This document shows, piece after piece, positions 28,933 through 38,471 of a stretch of 64,000 bases of DNA. Position numbers and translations under genes: made by a program. The notes under the pieces are model-generated. The model was not told the origin of the DNA. It worked only from the letters and a program-made list of their open reading frames with translations, and did not search any database. The DNA lies in NCBI GenBank assembly GCA_038046765.1, contig JBBSVN010000012.1, forward strand, positions 32,001 through 96,000, in the 5' to 3' direction. This DNA comes from Candidatus Micrarchaeota archaeon. Lineage in GTDB: Archaea; Micrarchaeota; Micrarchaeia; Anstonellales; Bilamarchaeaceae. Position 1 is the first letter of the stretch. Each line of letters starts with the position of its first letter.

Positions 28933-31449
28933 TTATCCCTGCTTATTTTGACTAGTTTTTTTATTGTATAAAAATAAACCAATACCTAAAAATAAAAATA
29001 CATAAAGTAACGGACAAATTGTATTATTAAAAACTCTTTTAACTGGTGGTTTTGTCTCTGTTGTTTCATTTGTATCTGGATCATTTATTTCATTTGTAGT
29101 TCCAGTTTCTTTTTTACCTTCTGTTTGTAATCCTTTAGCCATAAATTTAACTGTACAAGCATCTCCAACAAAATCCCCATTTGAATCTTTTTGATCACTG
29201 TTTGAAATTTTAGGGCAGTTATCTAGTGTATCAACAATGCCATCTTTGTCAATATCGCTGCATCCTTCATCAATTAATCCATCGCCATCATTATCTTGCC
29301 CATCGCAAGCTTCGCCTAAAAATGGAACTAATGGTGGATATCTTTCATCAGTATCTTCGCTTATTTTTCCTAAATTATTTCTTATTGCGTTTAATTCCGG
29401 ACAGCTATTTTTAAGACTAGATAATCCAATCACATCATTTTCTGTCATAGTTCCGTTAATTCCATAATACGGGCAGCCGATAGGAAGTATGGCGTTTTTC
29501 CAGTCATTAGTTCCATTTAATTTAGTTAATGAACCATTTGCAGTGTCATATTCATTATCTCTATTTCCGTTTACGTTTACAGTCTGGCTTCCTGCAAAAT
29601 TACTATCGCAATTCCAGTCAACTGCTGAACCATTTAATCCAAACATAATCATTAAACTGGAATTTGTACGAGTGCGTCCAATTACACCATTTCCAAAAGC
29701 TGCGCTTCGTCCGTTGTTTGTACAAGTATAATAAGAAAGCGCCAGCGGATTAGATGAAATAATTCCATTTGTTTCACTTAAACCTGCATTCTCGTCAAGC
29801 GTGCTAAGTTTTTCATCTGAATAATCTAAATCATAAATAATTCCTAAAGGCGTATTTCGTGGAATCCCGCTAAATTGGAAATAGTAATTCATGATGCTTC
29901 GATAATTTGGTTTAAAGTGCGTGTTATCAAATGCAAGTTCTTTTTCTAACCTGCCGCCATGACCTAGCATCAATGTGTGCCCAAATTCATGCATTAACGT
30001 TCCTGCTACTGCAGTAGTATTTGAACCGTTGCGCATTGCAACAAAGAAATTTCCACCTACTGTTGCCTGGCCAGTTGTATTTTCCTTTTCATGCGTAAAT
30101 ATTCCGTAACGAAATATTCCCGCTCGATTTATATCAAAATTATCTTTTTTTATGTCAAACAAATATTTACTATTATTTGTATAAAATGCGCGCGCTTCGT
30201 TACTGTCATTTAAAGAAAACTGGTCCCATTCTGCCTGCGGTTGTTCTGTGATTGCATTTCCTTCGCCCCATTGTCCAATATCAATATGCAAAGTTATATC
30301 TCTATTAGCAAATGCGTTAACTACCATCTGTAACGATTCATTTGTTGGTTTATGTGTGTGAGAGCCATCTTCCATCCAATCAAGTTCTAAAAACAAATCC
30401 TTCTTTAGTGGGTTAGCCCCCATTGCGGGTAAATCTACCAGCGTTCGTCCATTTTTAACTAATCCATAAACTTCTAAACCATCGCTTAAGCCATCTGCAT
30501 CTGTATCTGCGTTCTTCGGGTCTGTTCCAAAAACGCTTTCATTTATATCGACAATTCCATCTTTATCACTATCAATTTTCATCCATGCGTCGGGGTCAGG
30601 AATTTCTATATTCCAGGAAACGCTCCAGGGTGTGCTGCCGTAAACTGATATTGGGCCTGCATATGTCAGTCCTCCAAAATCTACATTTGAATATCCTGAA
30701 ATTATACTCGCTTTCATCTGGTTTCCAGTTGGTTCAAGTGCTTTAAATGATCCGGAATAGGAAAACTGGTTTTCAGGATTTGCGTCAAACAATGTAATTG
30801 GGACGGAAAAAGTACCTGCAGTTAATCGTGAAAATGTTGTTGTTTGCCTCGCACCACTACAAACTGGATTTATATTTGGGGAAGTTTTAGTTACCTGCGT
30901 AATGTCTGTTTTAGTTACTGGAATTATTAATTTTCCAGCTAAAGAAAGTTCGGGATTTCCACTTAAGCCTGTTTTTTTGTAAATTAATTTTAAATCATAA
31001 CCTTTTAGGTGAATCAAATTCCCGTTTGAGTCTTTGCCGTTACCTGTGCTATATGGGACATTTAAGTTTGAAATTTTGTCGGACCCAGTAGCATTAACTT
31101 CTGTTATATATGCGCATTCCTTGCCCCCCGTATTAGTCTGCTGGTCAATACTCCACTCTACTGCCTCGTTCTGAAATTTAAAAGCCCGATCAGAATATCT
31201 AGTAAGGGAGTCAGAGTTCGGATCAATTTCTAAAAGATACCCAGAAATCTTAAAATTTAATTTTTGCTTTACTGAACCTGTGTTTGTTTGAACATTGTAT
31301 GGCCCAGTATAATCATAAACAAGCGTAATCGTGGTTAACTTATCTGAAACAGAATAATTTTTCGATGTATCGTTCTCAATTGCATAAGCAAAGTTCAATA
31401 TTAATAAAACAAAAACTCCAAAATAAGTCAATTTAGTTAAAAATCTCAT
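28933..31449 (-). CDS. Secreted, membrane-anchored zinc metalloprotease-like protein with Ca-binding repeats
   Basis: Signal peptide, HEFGHTLMLGH, SIMNY Met-turn, DxDxDG and TSP3-like DNCP repeats, C-terminal TM. Confidence 0.8.
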   Translation of the reverse strand: MRFLTKLTYFGVFVLLILNFAYAIENDTSKNYSVSDKLTTITLVYDYTGPYNVQTNTGSVKQKLNFKISGYLLEIDPNSDSLTRYSDRAFKFQNEAVEWSIDQQTNTGGKECAYITEVNATGSDKISNLNVPYSTGNGKDSNGNLIHLKGYDLKLIYKKTGLSGNPELSLAGKLIIPVTKTDITQVTKTSPNINPVCSGARQTTTFSRLTAGTFSVPITLFDANPENQFSYSGSFKALEPTGNQMKASIISGYSNVDFGGLTYAGPISVYGSTPWSVSWNIEIPDPDAWMKIDSDKDGIVDINESVFGTDPKNADTDADGLSDGLEVYGLVKNGRTLVDLPAMGANPLKKDLFLELDWMEDGSHTHKPTNESLQMVVNAFANRDITLHIDIGQWGEGNAITEQPQAEWDQFSLNDSNEARAFYTNNSKYLFDIKKDNFDINRAGIFRYGIFTHEKENTTGQATVGGNFFVAMRNGSNTTAVAGTLMHEFGHTLMLGHGGRLEKELAFDNTHFKPNYRSIMNYYFQFSGIPRNTPLGIIYDLDYSDEKLSTLDENAGLSETNGIISSNPLALSYYTCTNNGRSAAFGNGVIGRTRTNSSLMIMFGLNGSAVDWNCDSNFAGSQTVNVNGNRDNEYDTANGSLTKLNGTNDWKNAILPIGCPYYGINGTMTENDVIGLSSLKNSCPELNAIRNNLGKISEDTDERYPPLVPFLGEACDGQDNDGDGLIDEGCSDIDKDGIVDTLDNCPKISNSDQKDSNGDFVGDACTVKFMAKGLQTEGKKETGTTNEINDPDTNETTETKPPVKRVFNNTICPLLYVFLFLGIGLFLYNKKTSQNKQG

Positions 31450-31500
31450 AAAAATCTAGGACATCTGTAATTAAAATATCTTACTGCCTCTAGTTGTACT

Positions 31501-32373
31501 ATGGCAAAAAAGAAAAAAGGAATAATTTACTATGTTATTGCTTTTCTTGGACTAATTTTTAGTGCAGTCAAATTCCTTCTGACTGGAACTTTTAAAATTA
31601 TTAAATTTCTTGCTATTGCTACTTACAATTTTCTAAATTTTTTATTTAAATTTGCTCAAAATTCAATCCAAAAGTCAAATGAACTAAGAAAAGAAGTCGC
31701 AAAAGAAGTTATTCGTCCTATAATTACTGCAACATACTCTGCGTTTGTAGAATTAGAGGAAAAAGCAGGAAATTTACAAGATTTTGAAAATCACATCTAT
31801 TCTGATAAAAGTTCGGTTGGTTTGATTCTAGGCGCCCGGGGGTCGGGTAAAAGTGCAATTGGTTTACGCATTCTTGAAAATATTGTCGCAAAATCAAAGC
31901 GCAAGGCTTACGCTATGGGCTTTAATAAAGAAGATTTGCCAAAGTGGATCGAATCTATTAATTCTATTGAAGAAGTCAAAAATAACTCATTCTTGCTTGT
32001 TGATGAAGGTGGGGTAGAATTTTCTTCTAGGCAAACGATGTCAAATGCGAATAAATTACTAAGCGAATTACTTTTGATTAGCAGACACAAGGATCTAAAT
32101 GTTCTTTTTATTACTCAAAACTCTTCAAATATTGAAGTTAACGCAATAAGGCAAAGCGATTATCTTGTTCTTAAACCACCATCACTTTTGCAAATGGATT
32201 TTGAAAGAAAGAAAATAAAAGATATTTATGAAAGTGTTAAGGAAAAATTTACTTCCTACAAGGATCAGGTTGGTCTAACTTATATCTATTCTGACCGGTA
32301 CACTGGCTTTGTGAAAAATGATCTTCCTTCCTTTTGGAGTAAAAAGGTTAGTACAGCTTATAGCGCCAAATAG
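31501..32373 (+). CDS. Membrane-anchored P-loop ATPase, Zot N-terminal-like
   Basis: GARGSGKS, LLVDE, SRHK...FITQ. Confidence 0.65.
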   Translation: MAKKKKGIIYYVIAFLGLIFSAVKFLLTGTFKIIKFLAIATYNFLNFLFKFAQNSIQKSNELRKEVAKEVIRPIITATYSAFVELEEKAGNLQDFENHIYSDKSSVGLILGARGSGKSAIGLRILENIVAKSKRKAYAMGFNKEDLPKWIESINSIEEVKNNSFLLVDEGGVEFSSRQTMSNANKLLSELLLISRHKDLNVLFITQNSSNIEVNAIRQSDYLVLKPPSLLQMDFERKKIKDIYESVKEKFTSYKDQVGLTYIYSDRYTGFVKNDLPSFWSKKVSTAYSAK

Positions 32374-32883
32374 TTATTTTTTATAAGTTAATTGAACTAG
32401 TCCTGTCTCAAATTTCTCTGCTTTGATAAGTTTTAATTCCTTTCTTATTGCGCTTTCTTTGAACAAATTAATTCCTCTCCCAAGCAGTATCGGGTGGATT
32501 GAAATAATAAATTCATCAATTAAATTCTCTTTTAAAAATTCATAAATTAGTTCGCTTCCCCCGACCAACCAAATTTTTTTCTTTCCGTTCTTTTGCATGT
32601 CTAAAATAAATTTCCTAACACTATTTTTAACAAAAGTTACGTTTTCATCTTTTTCTCTTTTTTCTTTTTTAGAAAATACAAAACATTCTTTGTCTTTGTG
32701 TGGAAAAGTATCAAATGTCAAAGTTGTTTTGTATGTGTTGTTTCCCATAACTAGCACATCAATACTTTCATAAAACTTAGAGTATCCATAGTCCTGGTCT
32801 TGAAAAAGCCAGGCTATTTCACCATTTAGGTCAGCAATAAAGCCATCTAAGCTACATGCGATAAATAGTGCTATTTTAACCAT
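32374..32883 (-). CDS. Dihydrofolate reductase/RibD C-terminal family protein
   Basis: SLDGFIA, WLVGG, PILLGRG. Confidence 0.9.
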   Translation of the reverse strand: MVKIALFIACSLDGFIADLNGEIAWLFQDQDYGYSKFYESIDVLVMGNNTYKTTLTFDTFPHKDKECFVFSKKEKREKDENVTFVKNSVRKFILDMQKNGKKKIWLVGGSELIYEFLKENLIDEFIISIHPILLGRGINLFKESAIRKELKLIKAEKFETGLVQLTYKK

Positions 32884-32970
32884 AAACGATTGTAAAAGTT
32901 AAGAATAAAAATCCAGTGGCTGATACCACTAGTTTTTCATTTGCTGATGAAAATAAAAAAAAGTAAAAAA

Positions 32971-33420
32971 TTATCTGCAAGTTGGAGCCATCGTTAACAT
33001 TTTCTCTCCTCTCTTTTCCTTTAGGTGGCTTCCGATTATTTTTACAACTGGTCTTTCATCACTTGCTCGTGTGTAAAGCGTTCCATGCCATTCTTTAATT
33101 CCAAATTGATCGTTTAATAATTCTAAAACTGTATTAACGTCAAAGCATCTACAGGAATACAAGTCAAAGTAAAATTCGTTTGACCCATCCTTGTGAGTAA
33201 ATAAATGCATCGAACAATGGCTAGTTGTAATCATCTGTACAAAGCTCTGACCTGGAAAATCCAAATCAACTGCATCGGCCCAGTTTAATGGTCCTAGCGG
33301 CTTCATTTCTATTGCTTTTAGCAACCTATCCACAAAACGCTGTGCATCTTCCCTAGGCAAAGCCTTAAAAGAGGGCGAGATCTTCGCGTTAACCGTCAAA
33401 TGTATATGTTCTAACGACAT
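32971..33420 (-). CDS. S-adenosylmethionine decarboxylase-like (pyruvoyl-dependent) proenzyme
   Basis: ITTSHCSMH and DLYSC correspond to the SpeD ESHxSxH and DxxTC motifs. Confidence 0.7.
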   Translation of the reverse strand: MSLEHIHLTVNAKISPSFKALPREDAQRFVDRLLKAIEMKPLGPLNWADAVDLDFPGQSFVQMITTSHCSMHLFTHKDGSNEFYFDLYSCRCFDVNTVLELLNDQFGIKEWHGTLYTRASDERPVVKIIGSHLKEKRGEKMLTMAPTCR

Positions 33421-33701
33421 TTCAGATCCTTAATTATTTTTATTAAATTAGTATTTTTAAATATATGCCTAAAATTTTTATATTTTTATTTTTCAGACGT
33501 ATTTTTCATACCTTTTTAATAATTTTTTTCTAATTTTATTTTTTTATCCTCGATCATTTTTTGCAATTTTTGCATTTTTACGTGTCAAAAACTGATTTTG
33601 AAATCTAAAAATATAATTTGCACGCTATTTTTGGGTATTTTATTTTTTATAAAAAAATAATTTTCATATATTATTACTGTTATTCTCTTTTTAAATGTTG
33701 C

Positions 33702-34592
33702 TTAAAATGTCTGGTCTTGTCTTGCAAATATTATTCTATTAATTATTTCTGCAATTTCTGGTGCTGCTTCCAGTTCAGGATAAAATGCAGTTGGAGTAGG
33801 TTCTAGTTTTAATCGTTCTTTTTTATTTGCAAGACATTTTTCAATTAATCTTTTTGCCCTTGGATTATTCAAAATAATATCCAGCTCTCCGTTAATTACG
33901 GCAATCTTTCCCGGCAAGTCTATTTGGGCGCTTTCTAGGGCATGTTCTATTTTTGGGCCCGTCTGATTTAACTGGTTATAAAATAACCTGAGGGCGAGTC
34001 TATCTGTTGTCTTAAGCCCATGAAAAAATTCGCCTAAAAAATCTACTGAGCAGTTCGGCATTGCTCGTACGAATTTTAGTATTGGTGCAGCTAATTCAAA
34101 GGAGTGCAGCCTATTTGGTCCTAGGAATCTTACCAACCTATGCAACTGCGCTGGTAAAACGGATTCTAAACTTCCTATAATCGGGTTGATTAACATAAGG
34201 GACGCGAATTTATCTGCTACATTCGTTCCGTTTTCCATCATTTTTTGTATGTACTCTAAAAATAGAAATGCTCCTGCGTCCCTGGCTATTATATGTGGTC
34301 TGCTAATTTCAAATTCCAGGATCACTTGCCTAAGCGTGCGTGCGAACTCCTGACTAAAATCATCGGAAGTTTTGCTACTAAGTTTGTTTAATCCGTGACC
34401 TGGTAAATCAAAACCAATAAATGCACAATCATTTAGCGAAACTTCGGTAGCTAATGCAGCCCAGGTTTCTTTGTTTCCTCCAAATCCATGTATTGCAACA
34501 ATATTTCTGGAAGTTTTGCTTGAGGGAATCCCTCTCACTAAATAGTCTCGTTTTGCGTGCCTATGCTGTCTTAATATGTGCATATAGACCAT
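33702..34592 (-). CDS. Alpha/beta hydrolase-fold protein with an atypical catalytic site
   Basis: HGFGG and DLPGHG present; nucleophile elbow reads ARDAG. Confidence 0.75.
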   Translation of the reverse strand: MVYMHILRQHRHAKRDYLVRGIPSSKTSRNIVAIHGFGGNKETWAALATEVSLNDCAFIGFDLPGHGLNKLSSKTSDDFSQEFARTLRQVILEFEISRPHIIARDAGAFLFLEYIQKMMENGTNVADKFASLMLINPIIGSLESVLPAQLHRLVRFLGPNRLHSFELAAPILKFVRAMPNCSVDFLGEFFHGLKTTDRLALRLFYNQLNQTGPKIEHALESAQIDLPGKIAVINGELDIILNNPRAKRLIEKCLANKKERLKLEPTPTAFYPELEAAPEIAEIINRIIFARQDQTF

Positions 34593-34641
34593 TCTTCCTT
34601 ACTTCGCGCATAAATATAATCTTTCCCAATCATAATAACTC

Positions 34642-34709
34642 TGGTAATGATGATGACACTGTCCCAGAGGAGATTTTGTATGACCGGAAGAGTAGCTGCT
34701 GAGTTACCA
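34642..34709 (+). ncRNA. C/D box guide sRNA
   Basis: Terminal stem TGGTAA/TTACCA, C box ATGATGA 34650, D box CTGA 34699, degenerate internal D'/C'. Confidence 0.78.
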
Positions 34710-34870
34710 TTTAAGGAAATTTTATCCCAAGTCAACTAAAAAGTCCAGTGAACGACTATTCGTTTACTAGATCGTTCAAAACTTTGTTTTTGAATCTCGA
34801 CTTGATCTATTCAAAACCAACTAGAGAAACTTATAAATGTGCGATCGGTATTACTTATTTGGTTTTGAAT

Positions 34871-35389
34871 ATGAACGAGAAATTTAAGGGAATTTTAGAA
34901 ATCACATTTGCTGTTGTAATCGTTTTATTAACTTTCTTTTTCAAAGACCAGATTATACAATTAGGCGATTATGGTTACCTTGGTGTTTTCCTAATCTCAC
35001 TTCTAAGTTCTGCAACAATTCTTTTGCCAGCACCAGGTTGGGCAGTTGTATTTGCTTTAGGCAGGAGCCTTGACCCATTTTACCTAGCTTTATTCGCTGG
35101 TCTTGGTTCTGGTATCGGTGAACTTACTGCATATTTTGCAGGAAATGGAATTCAAAGTATAATTAAAAATAAACACCTGGAACAAATAAAACAATTTATT
35201 AAAAACTACGATATTTACGCAATTCTGATTCTTAGTTTTATTCCAAATCCTTTTTTTGATATTGCTGGTATTTTGGCAGGCAGTATGCGTATTAATCCAT
35301 TAAAATTTGTTCTTGTTTGTATTGTCGGCAGGATTCTTCGCTTTTTACTGCTAGCCTACTTCGGATTCCTAACCATTCGTTTTTTATAA
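34871..35389 (+). CDS. DedA/VTT domain membrane protein
   Basis: LPAPG, GSGIGELTAYFAG, IPNPFFDIAG, GRILRF. Confidence 0.85.
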   Translation: MNEKFKGILEITFAVVIVLLTFFFKDQIIQLGDYGYLGVFLISLLSSATILLPAPGWAVVFALGRSLDPFYLALFAGLGSGIGELTAYFAGNGIQSIIKNKHLEQIKQFIKNYDIYAILILSFIPNPFFDIAGILAGSMRINPLKFVLVCIVGRILRFLLLAYFGFLTIRFL

Positions 35390-35410
35390 CTTTTTGGTAT
35401 AATCAAAGCT

Positions 35411-36127
35411 ATGAAAACATTTTATTTCGCTTTACTCGTGTTAGTAATTTTTGCAATGTTCGGTTGCATCCGTAATAATGATCAAATTAAGATCGAGCAA
35501 GTAGTTGTTGCATCAAATAATTCTTCTCTTGAGGCTCTTAATGACACTCAAAACGATTCTACTACGAATACTCCTCTTTATCAGGTGAATGTTGGTCTTC
35601 CGATACCTCCAAATGTATCTGGTAATACAACTATAAATACAAATGAAACTACCAATAACAAGACTAACAATCTTACTAATACGACTACTTATCCAAATCT
35701 ACCTTCTCCACCTTGCGTAGATAGCGATGGTGCTAATATTTCTAGTTCTGGATCTGTTACTTTCCAGGGAAAAACATTTTATGATTTATGCACGGGTCAG
35801 GAAAATGTGAAGGAGTATACCTGCACTAATAATACGCTCGATAATTACATTACTCAGTGTCCATTCAATTACGAATGCAACCTTGGCGCATGTTCGCTCG
35901 TAAAACAAACCTGCACAGATAGCGATGGCGGGAAAGACGATCGCATAAGCGGTACGATAACAATAAAAGACTCATCTGGCAGGTTGCTTAAAACTACAGA
36001 TAAATGTAGCGGCATATACGATGTTCAGGAGTTTTATTGTAATGGTAATCAACTAGCTTATATAGTTACTCCTTGTACTGGAAACTATACGTGCAATGTT
36101 GATTCTGGCGCTTGTGATTTTAAGTAA
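35411..36127 (+). CDS. Putative lipoprotein with two Cys-rich CxDSDG repeats
   Basis: Lipobox MFGC, Asn/Thr-rich linker, CVDSDG and CTDSDG repeats. Confidence 0.7.
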   Translation: MKTFYFALLVLVIFAMFGCIRNNDQIKIEQVVVASNNSSLEALNDTQNDSTTNTPLYQVNVGLPIPPNVSGNTTINTNETTNNKTNNLTNTTTYPNLPSPPCVDSDGANISSSGSVTFQGKTFYDLCTGQENVKEYTCTNNTLDNYITQCPFNYECNLGACSLVKQTCTDSDGGKDDRISGTITIKDSSGRLLKTTDKCSGIYDVQEFYCNGNQLAYIVTPCTGNYTCNVDSGACDFK

Positions 36128-36150
36128 TTGTTTATTGTTCTTATCGTTAA

Positions 36151-37062
36151 ATGGTTACTCTTATGCCAAAATTCGATTTTATTGATGTAGTTACAAAAGA
36201 TAAACTACTTCTACCCGCATTAGTCTTTGAGCCAACAAGTTCTACTAAACGGACTGCGTTAATTTATGTTCATGGCTTGGGGGGAGATTTTTACAGCAAC
36301 AGCGAAAAAGCAAATGCGTTTGCAGAAGAATGCAATAAATATGGATTTGCTTTCCTTACCTTTAATAATCGCGGTTCGGGATACGATGCTGCAGTTAAAA
36401 AATTAGATTCTAAAACAGATAAAGGTTTTGTTAGGGTAGCTGCCGGAAGAACTTACGAAAAATTCTCTGATTGCGTTTATGACATTGGTGCGGTTATTAG
36501 TCAGGCAAAGAAACGTGGATACAATAAAATAATTCTAATTGGCCACAGTACGGGGGCGAATAAAGTCATTTATTATTTATACAAAAATCAAAATCAAAAA
36601 AATATTGTGGCATCAGTCCTTACCGGAGCTTTAAGCGATGTCCCAATACAAAGGAAACTTTCTGGAAAAAGCTATCCAAAAATTCTGGCTCTTGCAAAAA
36701 TGCTTTATAAAAAAGGCAAAGGAAGCGTACTTCTGCCAGAAGGCAGTAGTGATTCTCCAATTACTGCACAGCGTTTTCTAAGCCTATGTGTTGAAAAAAG
36801 CGAAGAGGATGTTTTCCAGTATTATTTACAAAACCCAGCATTTACCCAGTTAAAAAGTCTCAAAATTCCTGCTCTTTTTATAATTGGAGAAAAGGACGAG
36901 TATGCAACAACCAAACCGAATCAAATATTGAAAACTTATTCTAAACTAAAGAGTAATTTCGAAACTGTCCTGATTAAAGGATCATTACATTCTTTTAATA
37001 AAATGGAGAAAAAACTCGCAAAAATTGTATGTACTTGGATCAATAAAAAAGTTACACTCTAA
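36151..37062 (+). CDS. Alpha/beta hydrolase (DUF1749-like)
   Basis: HGLGG, GHSTG, GEKDE, LHSF. Confidence 0.85.
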   Translation: MVTLMPKFDFIDVVTKDKLLLPALVFEPTSSTKRTALIYVHGLGGDFYSNSEKANAFAEECNKYGFAFLTFNNRGSGYDAAVKKLDSKTDKGFVRVAAGRTYEKFSDCVYDIGAVISQAKKRGYNKIILIGHSTGANKVIYYLYKNQNQKNIVASVLTGALSDVPIQRKLSGKSYPKILALAKMLYKKGKGSVLLPEGSSDSPITAQRFLSLCVEKSEEDVFQYYLQNPAFTQLKSLKIPALFIIGEKDEYATTKPNQILKTYSKLKSNFETVLIKGSLHSFNKMEKKLAKIVCTWINKKVTL

Positions 37063-37063
37063 G

Positions 37064-38422
37064 TTAAATCAGCCTTATTTCTTTATTTTCCTTATCAAGT
37101 TGCATTAAACTAACTGTTGCACCATTTTTAGTTGCTTTTTTTATTGCAGGGTTTTGACACAGAACTTGCTTTAAGAAATTTAAAACTTCTGGATCAGAAT
37201 GTACAATCACAATATGTCCCGTACTTTTAACACAATTAACAGAAGCAAGTGCATATTCAATGCTTCCAAGTGCTTCTTCGCTTAATTCTGCGTTTTTCAA
37301 ACTAACCGCGAATAACTCGTTTAAATCTGCACCAAAGAACGTGCGGCCATTTGTTACATTGCCTAAATCTTTTGGATCGCTTAAAATTATCGCGTGAGCA
37401 TACTGTTCTGCAAAAGTTTTTCCTGCAATTTTAGCGTGCATGATCGCGATTCGCACTTCGGATGTGGTTTCTGAAACAAAATCAGATAATTCTCTTGTTT
37501 TAGAATAAGTAAGTCCTAAATCAGTTGTATTAAATCCGATTACTCCCGCATATACTTTTATTTTTCTTTCTCTTACAATATCTAAATTAGCTAATACTTC
37601 TCTTTGATATTCTGTGTTATTGATAAATATGTTGGGGTGACCAGAGCCTTTTATGTGGATTCGATCTAATAACCTATCAATGCTTTGGCTTTTTCCGCGG
37701 TGTTTATGTTCGTCTTTTTTAACTAAGCATGCTCCGCAACCAATGTGGCCAATAACAAAAATTTCGCCATTTTCCTTAAGTTTGTCTATTACTGCACGTA
37801 CTTCATCAGTTACTGCATTTCCCGCAATCTGTACAGTTGCTATGTGTTTACCCTCATAATGCCTAAGAGACGTAGCCTCACACCTGGAATCAGAACACAT
37901 TAATACAACTGCGTCATACTCTTTAGGTGTTTTTACTAAAGTACGTTCAAGTGCTCCTTTAGCTCCTGCAATTAAAATTTCTCTTGACGCTTTGATGTCA
38001 AGGAGTCCTTGTTTTGCTATTATTCTTTTTAAGTCATCTATATAAAACGGATTTTTTCTGCTTTCTCTTACTGAATCTGGAATAAGTAATCTTTCACTTC
38101 GAGTAAAACTTCTTGGTCGTGCTACTTCTTTATCTGTTTTTCTTGGGTCTTCTCTATGCTCTACTCCTCTTAATTTTTGTAACGAAAGAATAATATTTTC
38201 TGCATCTTTTAATCTTTTTTTAGCCGTTTTGTCCTTTTTGTTTTGAATCAGTTTTTCCTTAATCTTTTCTATATTGGCAACATTGAATTTCCGATCTCCA
38301 AGAATTAGCGTAGCTTCAGGAAAATTCTGCTTATTTAAGTCTAAGCAAAAATCAATTAATTCCTGGTGAAGCATAGGATCGGTAATCTGAATATTTTTTA
38401 ACTTCAAGTCCGGACACTTCAA
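37064..38422 (-). CDS. Beta-carbonic-anhydrase-like protein: N-terminal extension, intact CA domain, degenerate CA domain
   Basis: CSDSR (CxDxR), IAGN, GHIGCGA (HxxC); the second domain has GSIEYAL...HIVIVH but no Zn ligands. Confidence 0.8.
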   Translation of the reverse strand: MKCPDLKLKNIQITDPMLHQELIDFCLDLNKQNFPEATLILGDRKFNVANIEKIKEKLIQNKKDKTAKKRLKDAENIILSLQKLRGVEHREDPRKTDKEVARPRSFTRSERLLIPDSVRESRKNPFYIDDLKRIIAKQGLLDIKASREILIAGAKGALERTLVKTPKEYDAVVLMCSDSRCEATSLRHYEGKHIATVQIAGNAVTDEVRAVIDKLKENGEIFVIGHIGCGACLVKKDEHKHRGKSQSIDRLLDRIHIKGSGHPNIFINNTEYQREVLANLDIVRERKIKVYAGVIGFNTTDLGLTYSKTRELSDFVSETTSEVRIAIMHAKIAGKTFAEQYAHAIILSDPKDLGNVTNGRTFFGADLNELFAVSLKNAELSEEALGSIEYALASVNCVKSTGHIVIVHSDPEVLNFLKQVLCQNPAIKKATKNGATVSLMQLDKENKEIRLI

Positions 38423-38471
38423 TACATCGCCTAATTCTATGTCTTTTTTTATGTTTTAAAAACTTATAAAA

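Noticed and set aside
31501..32373. Filamentous or pleomorphic provirus around the Zot-like ATPase
   Set aside because: No integrase, Rep, capsid-like small TM cluster or att repeats nearby
33421..33701. AT-rich tract as a replication origin, or the 62-aa ORF within it
   Set aside because: No ORB-like repeats seen here or beside cdc6; the ORF is low-complexity
34454..34870. ORF 34454-34702 and the N-terminal extension of the DedA ORF from 34748
   Set aside because: They overlap the C/D RNA and hairpins; the DedA start fits ATG 34871 better
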